64,000 nucleotides of DNA from Nitrosopumilus sp. GTDB taxonomy: Archaea > Thermoproteota > Nitrososphaeria > Nitrososphaerales > Nitrosopumilaceae. Below are positions 11,345-20,532 of the stretch, piece after piece. The translations under genes and the position numbers were made by a program. The notes beneath the pieces are model-generated. The model searched no databases and had not been told where the DNA came from. It worked only from the letters and a program-made list of their open reading frames with translations. How positions within the stretch are numbered: the first letter of the stretch is position 1; the number at the start of each line of letters is the position of its first letter. The DNA lies in assembly GCA_963667665.2 (NCBI GenBank), contig OY763927.2, positions 320,001 to 384,000 on the forward strand. Reading direction: 5' to 3'.

Positions 11345-11616
11345 ATTCCTACTACTGCCCTAAAGCAGGGTAATAGATAGGGTAATAAGAAAAAATTTGT
11401 TTTTAGTCATGGCGGTATAGCTCTATCCGTGCCTAGCTTTTGAGCTATTGTAGAGCTACATTTGTAATTCTAGTCGTGGAATGTAGAGCTACAATGGAGC
11501 TACATAGTGCCCTACTAATCCCTGCTAAACAAAAAGGCAGAGATGTATGCACTGTCAAATATCTATTAAAAAAATAACAGTGCGTAGCTTTTCTGTTATA
11601 GTATAGAGGTAGGAAT
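11345..11616. repeat. Non-coding cluster of GAGCTA/TAGCT direct and inverted repeats inside nested short inverted repeats
   Basis: TGTAGAGCTACA at 11449 and 11482; GGAGCTACA 11496; ATTCCTAC 11345 / GTAGGAAT 11609; AGCAGGG 11364 / CCCTGCT 11520. Confidence 0.6.
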
Positions 11617-11665
11617 TAGTAGAGATTAGAATTATCTAAAATACTGGATTGCATTAAAGAAAATT

Positions 11666-13213
11666 ATGAAACCTGTAATAATTATCACAATAGCGTTTGT
11701 TTTGTTAATTCCACTATCTGCTTTTTCAGATATATTTGGTGAACCAACGTTAAAGGTTAAAGATCTAGTTGTTGAAAAATATGTGTCAAATTTGTGTTGC
11801 ATGATTACTACCATGACTTTTGTTGAAGATGATATTTTATTTTTACAAAAAACTGATGGAGTGGTTCGTTTAATTCGAGATGGAGTTTTACAAGATAAAC
11901 CTGTACTTGATGTAAGTGTTGATTCAATTGGAGAAAAAGGCATGTTGGGAATTACCAGTGTTGATTCATCAGTATATCTCTATTTTACAGAAGCAGAAAA
12001 GGACGGAGGTGAATCATTAGGAAATAAAATTTACAAATATGAATGGGATGGGGATTCTTTGTTAAATCCAGTATTACTAAAAGAACTTCCTTCAAATGTT
12101 TCTCATAATGGGGGAGCAATGGTTACAGGATTGGATAATCAAGTCTATGCAGTAATTGGAGATACATTACACTATGGTCTTCTTCAAAACAAGCCTATAG
12201 AATGGTTGAAAGGAGACGATATTGATTTTAAAGATAATGGAGTAATTTTACAATTAGAAACAGAAAAACCATATTTTGCTATGGGAATTCGAAATAGTTT
12301 TGGATTAGCAATTGATCCTGTTACTGGGAATTTATGGGCAACTGAAAACGGTGATGATGATTTTGATGAAATCAATTTGATTCCAGAGAAGTTTAACAGT
12401 GGATGGATAGTCATAATGGGACCTGCAACTGAATCAGAACTTGCTAGCCTTCCAGGTTATGAAGATTATGTTTATGGTGATCCGGAATTTACTTGGGAAG
12501 CAGTTGTCGCACCAACTGGATTAGATTTTGCAAAATTTCAAGAAACCAATGCTTATGATAATTCTCTTTTTGTAGGAGACTGTAATACTGGGAATCTTTA
12601 CAAATTTGAATTAAATGAAAATAGAGATGGTTTTGAATTTACTAGCCCATTTCTTCAAGATAATGTAATTAACTTTGATGAAAATATGGATGAAATTATC
12701 ATAGGTACTGGATTTGGGTGTATCACTGATATTGAACGAGGACCGGATGGTTTTCTTTATGTAGTATCATTAAGTGAAAGTACAATTTTTAGAATTCTTC
12801 CTACTGCAAGTGCATCTAATGTAATAGACTCGAATGGAGGAGGTTGCCTAATTGCTACTGCAACATATGGTTCAGAATTATCACCACAAATACAACAACT
12901 CAGAGAACTACGAGATAATTCATTACTAAACACAGAATCAGGAACTGCATTCATGGAATCATTTAACGAATTTTACTATTCATTTAGCCCATACATTGCA
13001 GATTTAGAGCGTGAAAATCCCGTATTCAAAGAGATAGTAAAGATTGCAATTACACCAATGATTTCATCTCTATCAATTTTGAATTATGTGAATATGGATT
13101 CAGAAGAATCAGTATTAGGATATGGAATTTCTTTGATTATACTTAATGGATTGATGTATGCTGGTATTCCTGCAAGTGTGATTGTTGTGATTAGGAATAG
13201 AAATAAGATATGA
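11666..13213 (+). CDS. PQQ-dependent sugar dehydrogenase (Asd/YliI-like beta-propeller) with CFI-box-CTERM sorting domain
   Basis: Signal peptide, GEKGMLGI, HNGG, GIRNSFG, DEIN, APTG, GPDG; C-terminal GGGCLIATATYGSE plus TM. Confidence 0.9.
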   Translation: MKPVIIITIAFVLLIPLSAFSDIFGEPTLKVKDLVVEKYVSNLCCMITTMTFVEDDILFLQKTDGVVRLIRDGVLQDKPVLDVSVDSIGEKGMLGITSVDSSVYLYFTEAEKDGGESLGNKIYKYEWDGDSLLNPVLLKELPSNVSHNGGAMVTGLDNQVYAVIGDTLHYGLLQNKPIEWLKGDDIDFKDNGVILQLETEKPYFAMGIRNSFGLAIDPVTGNLWATENGDDDFDEINLIPEKFNSGWIVIMGPATESELASLPGYEDYVYGDPEFTWEAVVAPTGLDFAKFQETNAYDNSLFVGDCNTGNLYKFELNENRDGFEFTSPFLQDNVINFDENMDEIIIGTGFGCITDIERGPDGFLYVVSLSESTIFRILPTASASNVIDSNGGGCLIATATYGSELSPQIQQLRELRDNSLLNTESGTAFMESFNEFYYSFSPYIADLERENPVFKEIVKIAITPMISSLSILNYVNMDSEESVLGYGISLIILNGLMYAGIPASVIVVIRNRNKI

Positions 13214-13229
13214 AAATCATCCATATTCA

Positions 13230-13421
13230 TTGAACGCTACTAGAGATAAAGTTAACATCAGAATAATGGTTCAGATAATACAAAAACAAGATCAGCGTAC
13301 AGGAAAATTAACTGAAGGAATTGTCAAGAGGATTCTCACTTCAAGTAATTTTCATCCTCATGGGATTAAAGTTGAATTAGAGAATGGGAAAATAGGCCGT
13401 ATTCAAAACATAGTAGAATAG
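13230..13421 (+). CDS. YwbE family protein
   Basis: QKQDQRTGKLTEGIVKRILTSSNFHPHGIKVELENGKIGR. Confidence 0.85.
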   Translation: MNATRDKVNIRIMVQIIQKQDQRTGKLTEGIVKRILTSSNFHPHGIKVELENGKIGRIQNIVE

Positions 13422-13475
13422 TCTTGTTAATTTGACATTTGGGATTTGCAATTCTAGATTTGAATAATCTATATT

Positions 13476-13516
13476 GGATTTTGTAATTCTATGTGATTAA
13501 TTGGGCTCAAATTCAT
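13476..13516 (+). repeat. Junction site copy A (GGATTTTGTAATTCTATGTGATTAATTGGGCTCAAA)
   Basis: Direct repeat with 14457-14502 and 20452-20479; lies between convergent genes. Confidence 0.85.
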
Positions 13517-14271
13517 TAATCATTTTTTACTTCGATTTTATTTTTATTAAATTTGTTGTATCCATCTTTGTTGTATCCCTCTTTGTTGTAACCTATGTGA
13601 TCATATCCAAGTCTATCATACCCCTCTTTGTTATACCCAATACTATCATATCCATCTAAGTCATACCCAATACTATCATATCCATCTAAGTCATACCCAT
13701 TACTGTCATATCCAAGTCTATCATATCCGTCTTTGTTATACCCGTCTTTGTTGTATCCGTTTTTGTTATGCCCATCTAGGTCATACCCGTCTTTGTTGTA
13801 ACCCTTTTTGTTGTATCCATTACTATCATACCCATTTTTGTTGTAACCCTTTTTGTTGTATCCATCTTTGTTGTAACCCTTTTTGTTATACCCGTCTTTA
13901 TCAAAATTTATTTTTGTATCAATGTGAATTCCATCAAGATAAAAACCATGATTATCATACCCATTTTTGTCATACCCCTTTTTGTTGTATCCATTTTTGT
14001 TGTAACCCTTTTTGTCATACCCCTTTTTGTTGTATCCATCTAGGTCATACCCATTTTTGTTGTATCCATTTTTGTTATACTCCTCTTTGTTATACCCGTC
14101 TTTATCATACCCATCTTTGTTGTAACCCTTTTTGTTGTATCCATCTTTGTTGTACCCATCTTTGTTGTAACCCTTTTTGTTATACCCGTCTTTATCATAC
14201 CCATTACAATCATACCCATCTTTGTCGTATCCAAACTTGTCAAATTTTTTAAATTTATCAAATAATCCCAT
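13516..14271 (-). CDS. GY[D/N]xx pentapeptide tandem-repeat protein (~44 units, 15-bp DNA period)
   Basis: Likely start ATG 14271 (MGLFDKFKK); GYDKD/GYNKK repeats interrupted once by GFYLDGIHIDTKINF. Confidence 0.85.
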   Translation of the reverse strand: MGLFDKFKKFDKFGYDKDGYDCNGYDKDGYNKKGYNKDGYNKDGYNKKGYNKDGYDKDGYNKEEYNKNGYNKNGYDLDGYNKKGYDKKGYNKNGYNKKGYDKNGYDNHGFYLDGIHIDTKINFDKDGYNKKGYNKDGYNKKGYNKNGYDSNGYNKKGYNKDGYDLDGHNKNGYNKDGYNKDGYDRLGYDSNGYDLDGYDSIGYDLDGYDSIGYNKEGYDRLGYDHIGYNKEGYNKDGYNKFNKNKIEVKND

Positions 14272-14456
14272 ATTATTTTCATAAATTGCTAGCAAATAAA
14301 ACCGATCATGTAATTTTGTATTATGCTCTAAAGCGTGTATGCCCAACCTTCTTGGTCGCAAAATTCTTTATAGTAAATTTCTCCTAAAGAACCTCTTGAG
14401 TTTGTTTGTGATTCTAGGTGTAACCAAGGATATACTATACTCACTCCATAGATTCA

Positions 14457-14502
14457 GGATTTTGTAATCCTCATGTGATTAATTGAGCTTGCTAAATCAT
14501 GG
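14457..14502 (+). repeat. Junction site copy B (GGATTTTGTAATCCTCATGTGATTAATTGAGCT)
   Basis: Matches copy A over ~34 bp with few differences. Confidence 0.85.
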
Positions 14503-14551
14503 GTAATTTCACACCTATTTTCATAAATATTATGAATTTCCCACATTAGGA

Positions 14552-15223
14552 ATGAGTCTATGTAATGATCCTAAATGTCCTCTAAATAGACAGGGAGTTA
14601 CTCATGAAATTCACGAATTAATTGAAAATCGACCAGTGAAAAATCCATGCAATGATCCTCGATGTGCAATGAATAGAATGGGAATGAGTCATGAGATACA
14701 TGATGGAAAACAAGTTAATGATAGTGAACCTATACAAGAAAAAACATCAAAACAATATGTTGTAGATGATGAAGATACAGAATCAACTAATGAAACTTTA
14801 CAAGAATTAGGTAAACGGGTTTACAGAGATAATCCAAATAAAATATCTAGAGAAAAAATACTTGCAGAGCGAAGAAAAAGAGGAAGACAAAAAATAGAAC
14901 AAGAAGCTCAAGAAGTCAATAGAAGACAAAAGATTAAAGAAAAAACATCTACAAAATCTGAAACGGTTTCACAAACAAGAAACAAAAAAGAAATTCCATC
15001 AGTTAATCAAATTTTACATTGCAATGATCCATATTTGACATTTAACTTGACACAAGATACAACGTGTGATGAAATTAAATCAACATACAGAATACTAAGT
15101 AAAAATTACAATGCATCTCGTGGAAGTGCTAATAGATCACAAGATGAACAAGAACGACTCACCAAGACACAAAGTAAAATAAACATTGCATATGACATCT
15201 TAAGAAAAAAACATTGTGGTTGA
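14552..15223 (+). CDS. J-domain-like protein lacking HPD, with two N-terminal CNDPxC..HEIH putative Zn repeats
   Basis: C-terminal DPYLTFNL...DEIKSTYRILSKNYNAS...KINIAYDIL follows the J-domain pattern with YNAS at the (Y)HPD position. Confidence 0.75.
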   Translation: MSLCNDPKCPLNRQGVTHEIHELIENRPVKNPCNDPRCAMNRMGMSHEIHDGKQVNDSEPIQEKTSKQYVVDDEDTESTNETLQELGKRVYRDNPNKISREKILAERRKRGRQKIEQEAQEVNRRQKIKEKTSTKSETVSQTRNKKEIPSVNQILHCNDPYLTFNLTQDTTCDEIKSTYRILSKNYNASRGSANRSQDEQERLTKTQSKINIAYDILRKKHCG

Positions 15224-17285
15224 TATGGTAGTTTTAGGAATTGATTTAGGTACTAATAGTTCTGCAGCAGCTGCAATGATTGATGGTAAAGTACAACTCA
15301 TTTCATTTTCTGATAAAAACTCTACAGATGTAAAGCCATTTTATTCTGTTGTCTCTTTTTTTGAAGATGGCAGTTGCCTCATTGGAAAGCCAGCACTGGA
15401 GCAAGCATCATACAATCCAAAAGGAACTGTGTTTAATGTCAAAAGAATGATGGGAACCGGAGAACCCATTCATGTTTTAAAGAAAAGCTATCTTCCACAA
15501 TTTATCTCAGCATTACTAATTATGGAAATGAAGATTAAAGCAGAGAAACTTTTGAATGAAACTATCACAAAGGCAGTCATTACAGTTCCAGCATATTTTA
15601 ACGATAATCAGCGTCAAGCAACGAGAGATGCTGGAAAAATCGCAGGTTTGAACGTAATTCAGGTGTTAAATGAGCCTGTCGCTGCATCAATTGCCTATGG
15701 TCTAAACAGACTAGAAGAGCCCACAAAAATTCTAGTATTTGACATGGGGGCTGGAACTTTGGATGTATCAATTTTAGAAGTTGATAATAATTTCTTTGAG
15801 GTATTATGTACTACAGGAGATACAAATCTTGGTGGAATTAATGCCGATGAAATTATTTCAGAGATGATTTTAGAAGAAATTAAAAAAATAAAACCAAATG
15901 AAACAATTGATGAACTCTCAAAGTTACAGATAATGCAGTTAGCTGAATCAATTAAAATCAGATTATCTGAAAATACAGAACTTGATTTTGTTGAAGATAT
16001 TGCATTAACTGATTCGCATATTGATTTACCAATATCAATTAGTAGAGAAAAGTTTGATTCTATGATAGAATCAATTTTAGATAAATGCAAAGTATGCATA
16101 TCTGATGCGCTAAAAGGTGCAAATCTTACTTCAGATAAAATAGATAAAGTAGTGTTAGTTGGAGGATCAGTTAAAATTCCTGCCATTAAAAAAATGGTTT
16201 CAGAATTTATTCGAGAACCAGAATCAAACATTGATTCTACATTTACTGTTGCATCAGGTGCTGCAATTCAAGGTGCAGTGTTGTCTGATGATCGAAATTT
16301 GCCTGTGATTTTTCAGAATTTAGTACTATTAAACAAAACACCATTAGATTTAGGGGAGCATGCCATAAAAAAAAGACAGGAATTTATACAATTAATGATT
16401 CCAAAGAATACTACTTATCCAACTGAATTCACTGAAGTATTTTATGTAAATAAAATTATGCAAACTGAAGTCTCAATTAGTGTTTGGCAAGGAGATTTTG
16501 AAAAGAATCCAGATTTTCCAGGTAATGTAAACATTGGACAATTTTGGTTACGTGGTTTACGTGAAGGAATAGAAAAAGAGATTGAAGTTACATACAAAAT
16601 TGATGCAGATGGAATAATTTCAGTTACTGCATATGAGATAGAAGGAAATGCCCATGATGAATTAACCATAGATAAAATGGGAAATTCAGTAATTTCACCA
16701 CCTGAACTTGAATTTGCGCACGAAGAAATCGAGAAAATTGAGAAAAAGCACAAACGGGACATTATGAGTCCATATGAAACTCCAGTTGATGATTATGAAT
16801 TTGCATCACCAAAAGTATCTGAAGAATACACCAAGGATTATGGATGGGTTTGCAATTGTTTGGCAAAAGCAATAGAGATTATCAAAACACATCATAACCA
16901 TCCAGAATATCATCCGGATTTTTTCAAGACTGCAAGATTTGAGATATATCTACAATTAGACATGCAGTATGCTTATGCATATATTCAATTGACAGGTGGA
17001 CCTGTTTACCCAATTCACATTCATAATGCTCTAAAAGAGAATTCAGAGCAAAATAATAGAATTTTGGTAGTAACATTAGTTCATGAATTACTTCATGCAA
17101 TACATCCTGATTGGGGACATAATAAAATACGTCCAGCTGAAAGAAGGCTAGCAAACTTGGCAATGTACTTTGATGCATACAGAGAGATGGAAATTAAATT
17201 TCTCAGTGGAAAAATGTCTTTGTGTAATAATACTATGACGCGAAGAGACCAAAAAGTTAGAATTCAATGCAAGAGTGAAGACTAG
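15216..17285 (+). CDS. Atypical Hsp70 fused to a C-terminal HExxH (SprT/zincin-like) metalloprotease
   Basis: GIDLGT, TVPAYFND, NEPVAA, DMGAGTLDVS, LVGGS; SBD-beta (YKIDADGIISV); C-terminal TLVHELLHAIHPDWGH. Confidence 0.85.
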   Translation: MVDMVVLGIDLGTNSSAAAAMIDGKVQLISFSDKNSTDVKPFYSVVSFFEDGSCLIGKPALEQASYNPKGTVFNVKRMMGTGEPIHVLKKSYLPQFISALLIMEMKIKAEKLLNETITKAVITVPAYFNDNQRQATRDAGKIAGLNVIQVLNEPVAASIAYGLNRLEEPTKILVFDMGAGTLDVSILEVDNNFFEVLCTTGDTNLGGINADEIISEMILEEIKKIKPNETIDELSKLQIMQLAESIKIRLSENTELDFVEDIALTDSHIDLPISISREKFDSMIESILDKCKVCISDALKGANLTSDKIDKVVLVGGSVKIPAIKKMVSEFIREPESNIDSTFTVASGAAIQGAVLSDDRNLPVIFQNLVLLNKTPLDLGEHAIKKRQEFIQLMIPKNTTYPTEFTEVFYVNKIMQTEVSISVWQGDFEKNPDFPGNVNIGQFWLRGLREGIEKEIEVTYKIDADGIISVTAYEIEGNAHDELTIDKMGNSVISPPELEFAHEEIEKIEKKHKRDIMSPYETPVDDYEFASPKVSEEYTKDYGWVCNCLAKAIEIIKTHHNHPEYHPDFFKTARFEIYLQLDMQYAYAYIQLTGGPVYPIHIHNALKENSEQNNRILVVTLVHELLHAIHPDWGHNKIRPAERRLANLAMYFDAYREMEIKFLSGKMSLCNNTMTRRDQKVRIQCKSED

Positions 17286-17287
17286 AA

Positions 17288-17911
17288 TTGAGTGGAGAAT
17301 ATCTAATTGAAATTAGAATTAGAGGAGATATTAGAGATTTATGTAAAAAATTAATCTATGATATTTTTTATAAATTTCGTGTTTCTAATGTAGCAAGTAA
17401 AAGACCAGTTCCACATATTTCATTGTTTGGTCCATTTGATTGCAAATCAATTAAACCAGTAATTCATGAAATAAAAAAAACAGGAAAAAATTATACAAAA
17501 TTAGAATACAAAGTAAGTGGCTTTGATTATTTTGAATTAAAGAAAAAATTTCTATTCATTACTACATCTACAAAGAAAAATGTACTCTATCTCAAAATTG
17601 AAGCAAGCGAAGATCTTAAAGAATTCAGACATTCATTATCTAAAAAATTACTAAAAATTACAAAATCAGTAAATATTGATAATGATTCTAAAGAAGACTT
17701 CAAATTTCATGCAACTATTGCCATGAGGGATATTGATAGAAAATTTGACCGAATATGGGATTATCTCAAAAAATACAAAATTCACAAAAATGGAACATCA
17801 TATAGAATTACTTTGCTTAGAAAAGGGAGAATTGTGTGTGAATATGACCTGTATGAGCAGAGATTTTTGAAAAGAACTCAAGCATTAAGGCGTAAACCCA
17901 GAAGGAGATAA
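17288..17911 (+). CDS. 2H phosphoesterase (2'-5' RNA ligase/LigT-like)
   Basis: Two HxS/T motifs: PHISL and FHATI. Confidence 0.8.
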   Translation: MSGEYLIEIRIRGDIRDLCKKLIYDIFYKFRVSNVASKRPVPHISLFGPFDCKSIKPVIHEIKKTGKNYTKLEYKVSGFDYFELKKKFLFITTSTKKNVLYLKIEASEDLKEFRHSLSKKLLKITKSVNIDNDSKEDFKFHATIAMRDIDRKFDRIWDYLKKYKIHKNGTSYRITLLRKGRIVCEYDLYEQRFLKRTQALRRKPRRR

Positions 17912-17927
17912 TATTTGAAAAACAAAG

Positions 17928-17951
17928 GAAATCTTAAGTTCATACAAAATT
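17928..17951 (+). promoter_or_regulatory. BRE/TATA-like promoter element duplicated at 20489-20512
   Basis: GAAATCTTAAGTTCATAcAAAATT vs GAAATCTTAAGTTCATAtAAAATT (23/24 identical); begins 34 nt upstream of GTG 17962. Confidence 0.6.
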
Positions 17952-17961
17952 CTAATTAATT

Positions 17962-18207
17962 GTGAGGCATCGTCGAAGACGAAATTATGGAAGTCGTAGA
18001 AGTTCTGGAAAAAGTTTGAAGATTTGGATTAAATTAATAATTGCAGGAATCATACTTTTCTTTGTAGGAGTTTTTTACATTACAGCAACAGGTGGTCCTA
18101 CAATTGCATCACCTGGCATGATAATTAGTCTCATTGGAGTTATTCTTGTAGTAGTAGGAGTATTATCTGGAATTGCGCGTGGCTTTAATCGAATGATGAG
18201 TGAATGA
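17962..18207 (+). CDS. Small two-TM membrane protein with Arg-rich N-terminus
   Basis: MRHRRRR followed by two hydrophobic helices; stop overlaps next start (ATGA). Confidence 0.7.
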   Translation: MRHRRRRNYGSRRSSGKSLKIWIKLIIAGIILFFVGVFYITATGGPTIASPGMIISLIGVILVVVGVLSGIARGFNRMMSE

Positions 18208-19131
18208 CTTCAGAATTTAATAGATTTTTCTCATCAAAAACTCTAGCTAGTACATACAAACCAACATTTGTAAAATGTCTTTTAGATTTAGGAGATTTTC
18301 AAAAAGATGAAGGCGAACAATGGGTAAAAAAACATGAAGATTATCTTACAGTTGATCTAAATTTCATAGCAGTAAGATTTCTTAGATATTATCATCCTTT
18401 AAAATTCAAGTTTAAATTAAAACAAGAGGCAACAGCAAAAAGAATTGTCATATATAGAATTTTAGAAGATTTTAAAGAACTTGTAGGAATAAAGACTGCT
18501 CCATCAAAGAAGACATTATGTTCAGAACATTTTTCTGAAATGCGACAAATAACAATCAAAGAGGGAATCAAACCACAAGTTCTCAAGAAATTATTAAACG
18601 ATTGTAATATCTATTCTATAAACAAAGGCTCCAACAGTATTGAGATTAAAACAGATGTTGTAAAGTTCATGAAAGAAAACAAAAAAGTTCTTGAATCTGC
18701 ATTAAATCACATGATTGCAAAATATTTAGAAAATTGTAATGCATCCCCAAATATCTCTACTGCATTAGAAGAAATTATTCCAAGAAAAAAACTTAGTGTA
18801 CCGATATTTGATACAATAATTGATTTGCAATCTTCTCGATGTTTTTATTGTAACCAGAAATTTGATAGAAAAGAGTTTGCACAAGAACATTTCATCCCTT
18901 GGAATTTCATCAGACAAACAGAACCTTACAACATCATTGCAGCGTGTACCCCCTTGTAATTCTAGTGAAAATGATCGATTGGCCAGTGAAAAATACCTTG
19001 AAAACATCATTAAACGAAACAAGACTCTGGAGAAACTCCCTATGGGGTATTCTGAAGAGTTCATGAGAAACATGTATGGTATGTGTAGAATAGAATATCA
19101 CGGAATTAGTGAGAAACTATGGGAACTGTAA
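18204..19131 (+). pseudogene. HNH endonuclease with N-terminal 'TYK' domain, +1 frameshift in C5 run at 18949-18953
   Basis: STYKPTF N-terminal motif; CFYC..EHFIPW..NIIAAC then (frame change) TPCNSS; removing one C restores CxxC. Confidence 0.8.
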
Positions 19132-19448
19132 ATCACAATAAAGCAATCAGAGACAAAATTCCTGAAATAATCCGAGAATCCGGAAAAGAATGTAATGTAA
19201 AGACATTATCAGATGAAGAATTTTTGGAGAAATTAGAAGCAAAACTACATGAAGAAGTTTCTGAATACCAAGAAAGTAAATCTCTTGAGGAATTGGCAGA
19301 TATTTTAGAAGTAATTAACAGAATTTTAGAAATTAAAGGAATTCCAAAAAAGAAACTAGAAGAGATTAGAATAATGAAAAAAGATGAGCGTGGTGGCTTT
19401 GAGGAGAATTTGTTTTTAATTGATACTGAAGAAAAGAAAAAGGGATGA
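19119..19448 (+). CDS. MazG-like nucleoside triphosphate pyrophosphohydrolase (HisE-like family)
   Basis: KAIRDKIPEII, KLHEEVSE, EELADILEV, ERGGF. Confidence 0.9.
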   Translation: MGTVNHNKAIRDKIPEIIRESGKECNVKTLSDEEFLEKLEAKLHEEVSEYQESKSLEELADILEVINRILEIKGIPKKKLEEIRIMKKDERGGFEENLFLIDTEEKKKG

Positions 19449-20434
19449 AACCATACCATACATTCAAGAGTATTTCGCACATAGTTTATCAAGAAATTAA
19501 AGATTTTATCCAATTAAATTACAAAATTCAGATTTCTGCAAAAACTTCACCAGGCCTTGAAGAATCTTTTGACATTTTATCAGAGTCTATCAAAGTTCAT
19601 TACTATAAGAAAGGAAAATTACTTTTTCAATCAAGCCCAACAAACAAAACATATGCAAATTTGGTTTCTGATATTAATAAAAAATTTTCATTAAATACAT
19701 TTGATGAAATAGAAGAAAAACCAACTGAAATTCCTTCTGATGTAAAATATTACATCGGTTGTGATGAGTCTGGTGCTGGAGAAACCTTTGGATCAATGTT
19801 TCTAGGGTGTGTTATAGTTGATGCTGATAATTTAAAAAATATTCAACAAATTTTTGATATCCAAAATATCAAGATACTTGAAGAGCATGAAATACTTGAA
19901 AAATATGATGCAATCAAAAAGTACTGTAAAATTTTTGAAAAAAAATGTGATGCATCAGAAATTGATGAAACAAGCAAAAACACGCTTCTTGATCGAAAAT
20001 ACAAAGAATTGATAAATGATGCAATTTCGGGAAAAGAAAATGTATGTGTAATAATTGATGACTATGGAATTCAAAGAGAGTTAAAATTATTTTTGGATAA
20101 CCTTCGTTCTCAAGGAAATACAGTAATTATAGAACACAAGGCTGATGAAAAATATGCAGTATGTCAAGCTGCTTCAGTAGTTGCAAGAAAAGAAAGATTT
20201 GAAGAAATGAGAAATATCAATAAAGAATTTAGTGTGCAAGATGAAACAGGGGAAAAAATTTATCCAGGATCTGGTAATGCTGGAAACCCACAAACTGCAC
20301 AATATTTAGAAGCATTCATGAATCTATATCCCGGTAAAGAACTTCCAACTTTTGTAAGAAAGAAATGGAGTAATGCAAAAAAAATATTGAAAGAAAAATC
20401 TAATCAGAAAATTTCAAGATTTTTTAAAGAATAA
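19445..20434 (+). CDS. Type 2 RNase H with N-terminal TBP-like domain (RNase HIII-like)
   Basis: VHYYKKGKLLFQ N-domain; GCDESGAGE, IIDD, KADEKYAVCQAASVVA, GSG, RKKW. Confidence 0.8.
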   Translation: MKPYHTFKSISHIVYQEIKDFIQLNYKIQISAKTSPGLEESFDILSESIKVHYYKKGKLLFQSSPTNKTYANLVSDINKKFSLNTFDEIEEKPTEIPSDVKYYIGCDESGAGETFGSMFLGCVIVDADNLKNIQQIFDIQNIKILEEHEILEKYDAIKKYCKIFEKKCDASEIDETSKNTLLDRKYKELINDAISGKENVCVIIDDYGIQRELKLFLDNLRSQGNTVIIEHKADEKYAVCQAASVVARKERFEEMRNINKEFSVQDETGEKIYPGSGNAGNPQTAQYLEAFMNLYPGKELPTFVRKKWSNAKKILKEKSNQKISRFFKE

Positions 20435-20451
20435 CTCTTTTGTTCTTTCAG

Positions 20452-20479
20452 ATGTGATTAATTGGGCTCAAAAACATGG
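20452..20479 (+). repeat. Junction site copy C (ATGTGATTAATTGGGCTCAAA)
   Basis: 21 bp identical to 13491-13511. Confidence 0.85.
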
Positions 20480-20488
20480 ATGTTAAAA

Positions 20489-20512
20489 GAAATCTTAAGT
20501 TCATATAAAATT
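20489..20512 (+). promoter_or_regulatory. Second copy of the duplicated promoter-like element
   Basis: 23/24 identity to 17928-17951; upstream of the WD40-Roc gene. Confidence 0.6.
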
Positions 20513-20532
20513 TAGAATAAAGATGAGAAATA

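Noticed and set aside
13540-14235. Tandem repeats as a CRISPR array
   Set aside because: Contiguous coding 15-mers with no unique spacers, and no cas genes in the window.
13914-14282. Cys/His-rich ORF 13914-14252 (+) and Thr/Met-rich ORF 14040-14282 (-)
   Set aside because: Antisense and alternative-frame shadows of the 15-bp repeat; they are not metallothioneins.
15216-17285. Housekeeping dnaK
   Set aside because: Divergent motifs, protease tail, no grpE or canonical dnaJ alongside, and an island location.
13476-20479. Classical integron attC sites or Xer dif sites
   Set aside because: No RYYYAAC..GTTRRRY hairpin and no clear 11-6-11 dyad, and no IntI insertion recognised in the recombinase. 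Kept only as an integron-like hypothesis.
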